Origin: Candidatus Hodarchaeaceae archaeon
GTDB lineage: Archaea > Hadarchaeota > Hadarchaeia > Hadarchaeales > Hadarchaeaceae
Reading direction: 5' to 3'
NCBI GenBank assembly: GCA_030018135.1
Contig: JASEGJ010000023.1
Coordinates: forward strand, 1 to 16,545
Length of the DNA: 16,545 bases
Under the pieces are notes generated by a model. That model worked only from the letters and a program-made list of their open reading frames with translations, made no database searches and was not told where the DNA came from. Made by a program: the position numbers and the translations under genes. Within the stretch, counting starts at the first letter, position 1. Every line of letters begins with the position of its first letter. Shown here piece by piece: positions 16,192 to 16,545 of the stretch.

Positions 16192-16401
16192 TCATCTCTT
16201 TGACACATACCCCTTTGCGGCCGCTTCCTCGCGCAATTTTTGCCACTCCTTTATCTTGTCCACGTTTGCGCTGAGCCACTCATGTATGAGTGTTCGGATG
16301 ACCTCGCTCCGCGTATTGCCGTGGCTCGGGACGAGGTCATCGATGATCTTGAGGTGAACACCATCCAAGAAGACCCGAACTTCTGCCTTCTTTTGGGACA
16401 T
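16192..16401 (-). CDS. Small ribbon-helix-helix (CopG/MetJ/Arc-like) DNA-binding protein
   Basis: 69 aa. It has an alternating beta ribbon (EVRVFL), a helix (HLKIIDDLV), and G-N-T-R-S-E-V-I-R-T-L-I matching the RHH 'xRSEVIR' helix B. A GGAGG RBS and a TATA box lie upstream. Confidence 0.75.
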   Translation of the reverse strand: MSQKKAEVRVFLDGVHLKIIDDLVPSHGNTRSEVIRTLIHEWLSANVDKIKEWQKLREEAAAKGYVSKR

Positions 16402-16435
16402 TTTTTTCAGCCTCCACCTAACCCCTTCACCTTTC

Positions 16436-16483
16436 CAGTTAACTGCAACTTTACTGCAATTTAACTGCTATTTAAAAGTTTCT
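16436..16483 (-). promoter_or_regulatory. Promoter of the RHH gene: BRE/TATA plus three tandem 11-bp repeats (putative operator)
   Basis: The minus strand reads GAAAC-TTTTAAATA, then GCAGTTAA / GCAGTAAA / GCAGTTAA at an 11-bp period. On the + strand the units are TTAACTGCAAC 16439-49, TTTACTGCAAT 16450-60 and TTAACTGCTAT 16461-71. Confidence 0.7.
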
Positions 16484-16545
16484 ATCGCCTGGTTTTCCTC
16501 GGAATCCGTGAGTTAGGATGATTTTTTCCTTTTGAAAAATCTCTG

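Noticed and set aside
1-16545. CRISPR array, tRNA or rRNA genes
   Set aside because: No regularly spaced repeats with unique spacers, no cloverleaf with a T-loop consensus, and no rRNA-like sequence were seen in the intergenic regions.

Overview
Archaeal chromosomal segment. The evidence is an aRF1-type release factor, archaeal-type ValRS, MetRS and UMP kinase, GGAGG/GGTGA ribosome-binding sites and TATA boxes. A euryarchaeal/Hadarchaeota-like origin is only a guess. From left to right it holds: the left end of an IS6-family element whose transposase runs off the window and is missing from the ORF track; a Ku plus stand-alone ATP-dependent ligase (NHEJ) pair; a divergent metallo-beta-lactamase-fold hydrolase with a PIP-box-like tail; valS; a DUF2116-like Zn-ribbon membrane protein; pyrH; aRF1; a tight four-gene minus-strand operon (DJ-1/PfpI, MTA/SAH deaminase, AhcY-family hydrolase with an HxExK signature, HAD phosphatase); a ~1.3 kb accessory interval with a decayed DNRLRE-domain surface-protein gene whose RBS and start codon lie between perfect 16-bp inverted repeats; metG; a PHP hydrolase; a highly structured 140-nt intergenic region; and a small ribbon-helix-helix gene with three helically phased 11-bp repeats over its promoter. 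All calls come from reading motifs by eye. No database search was run.
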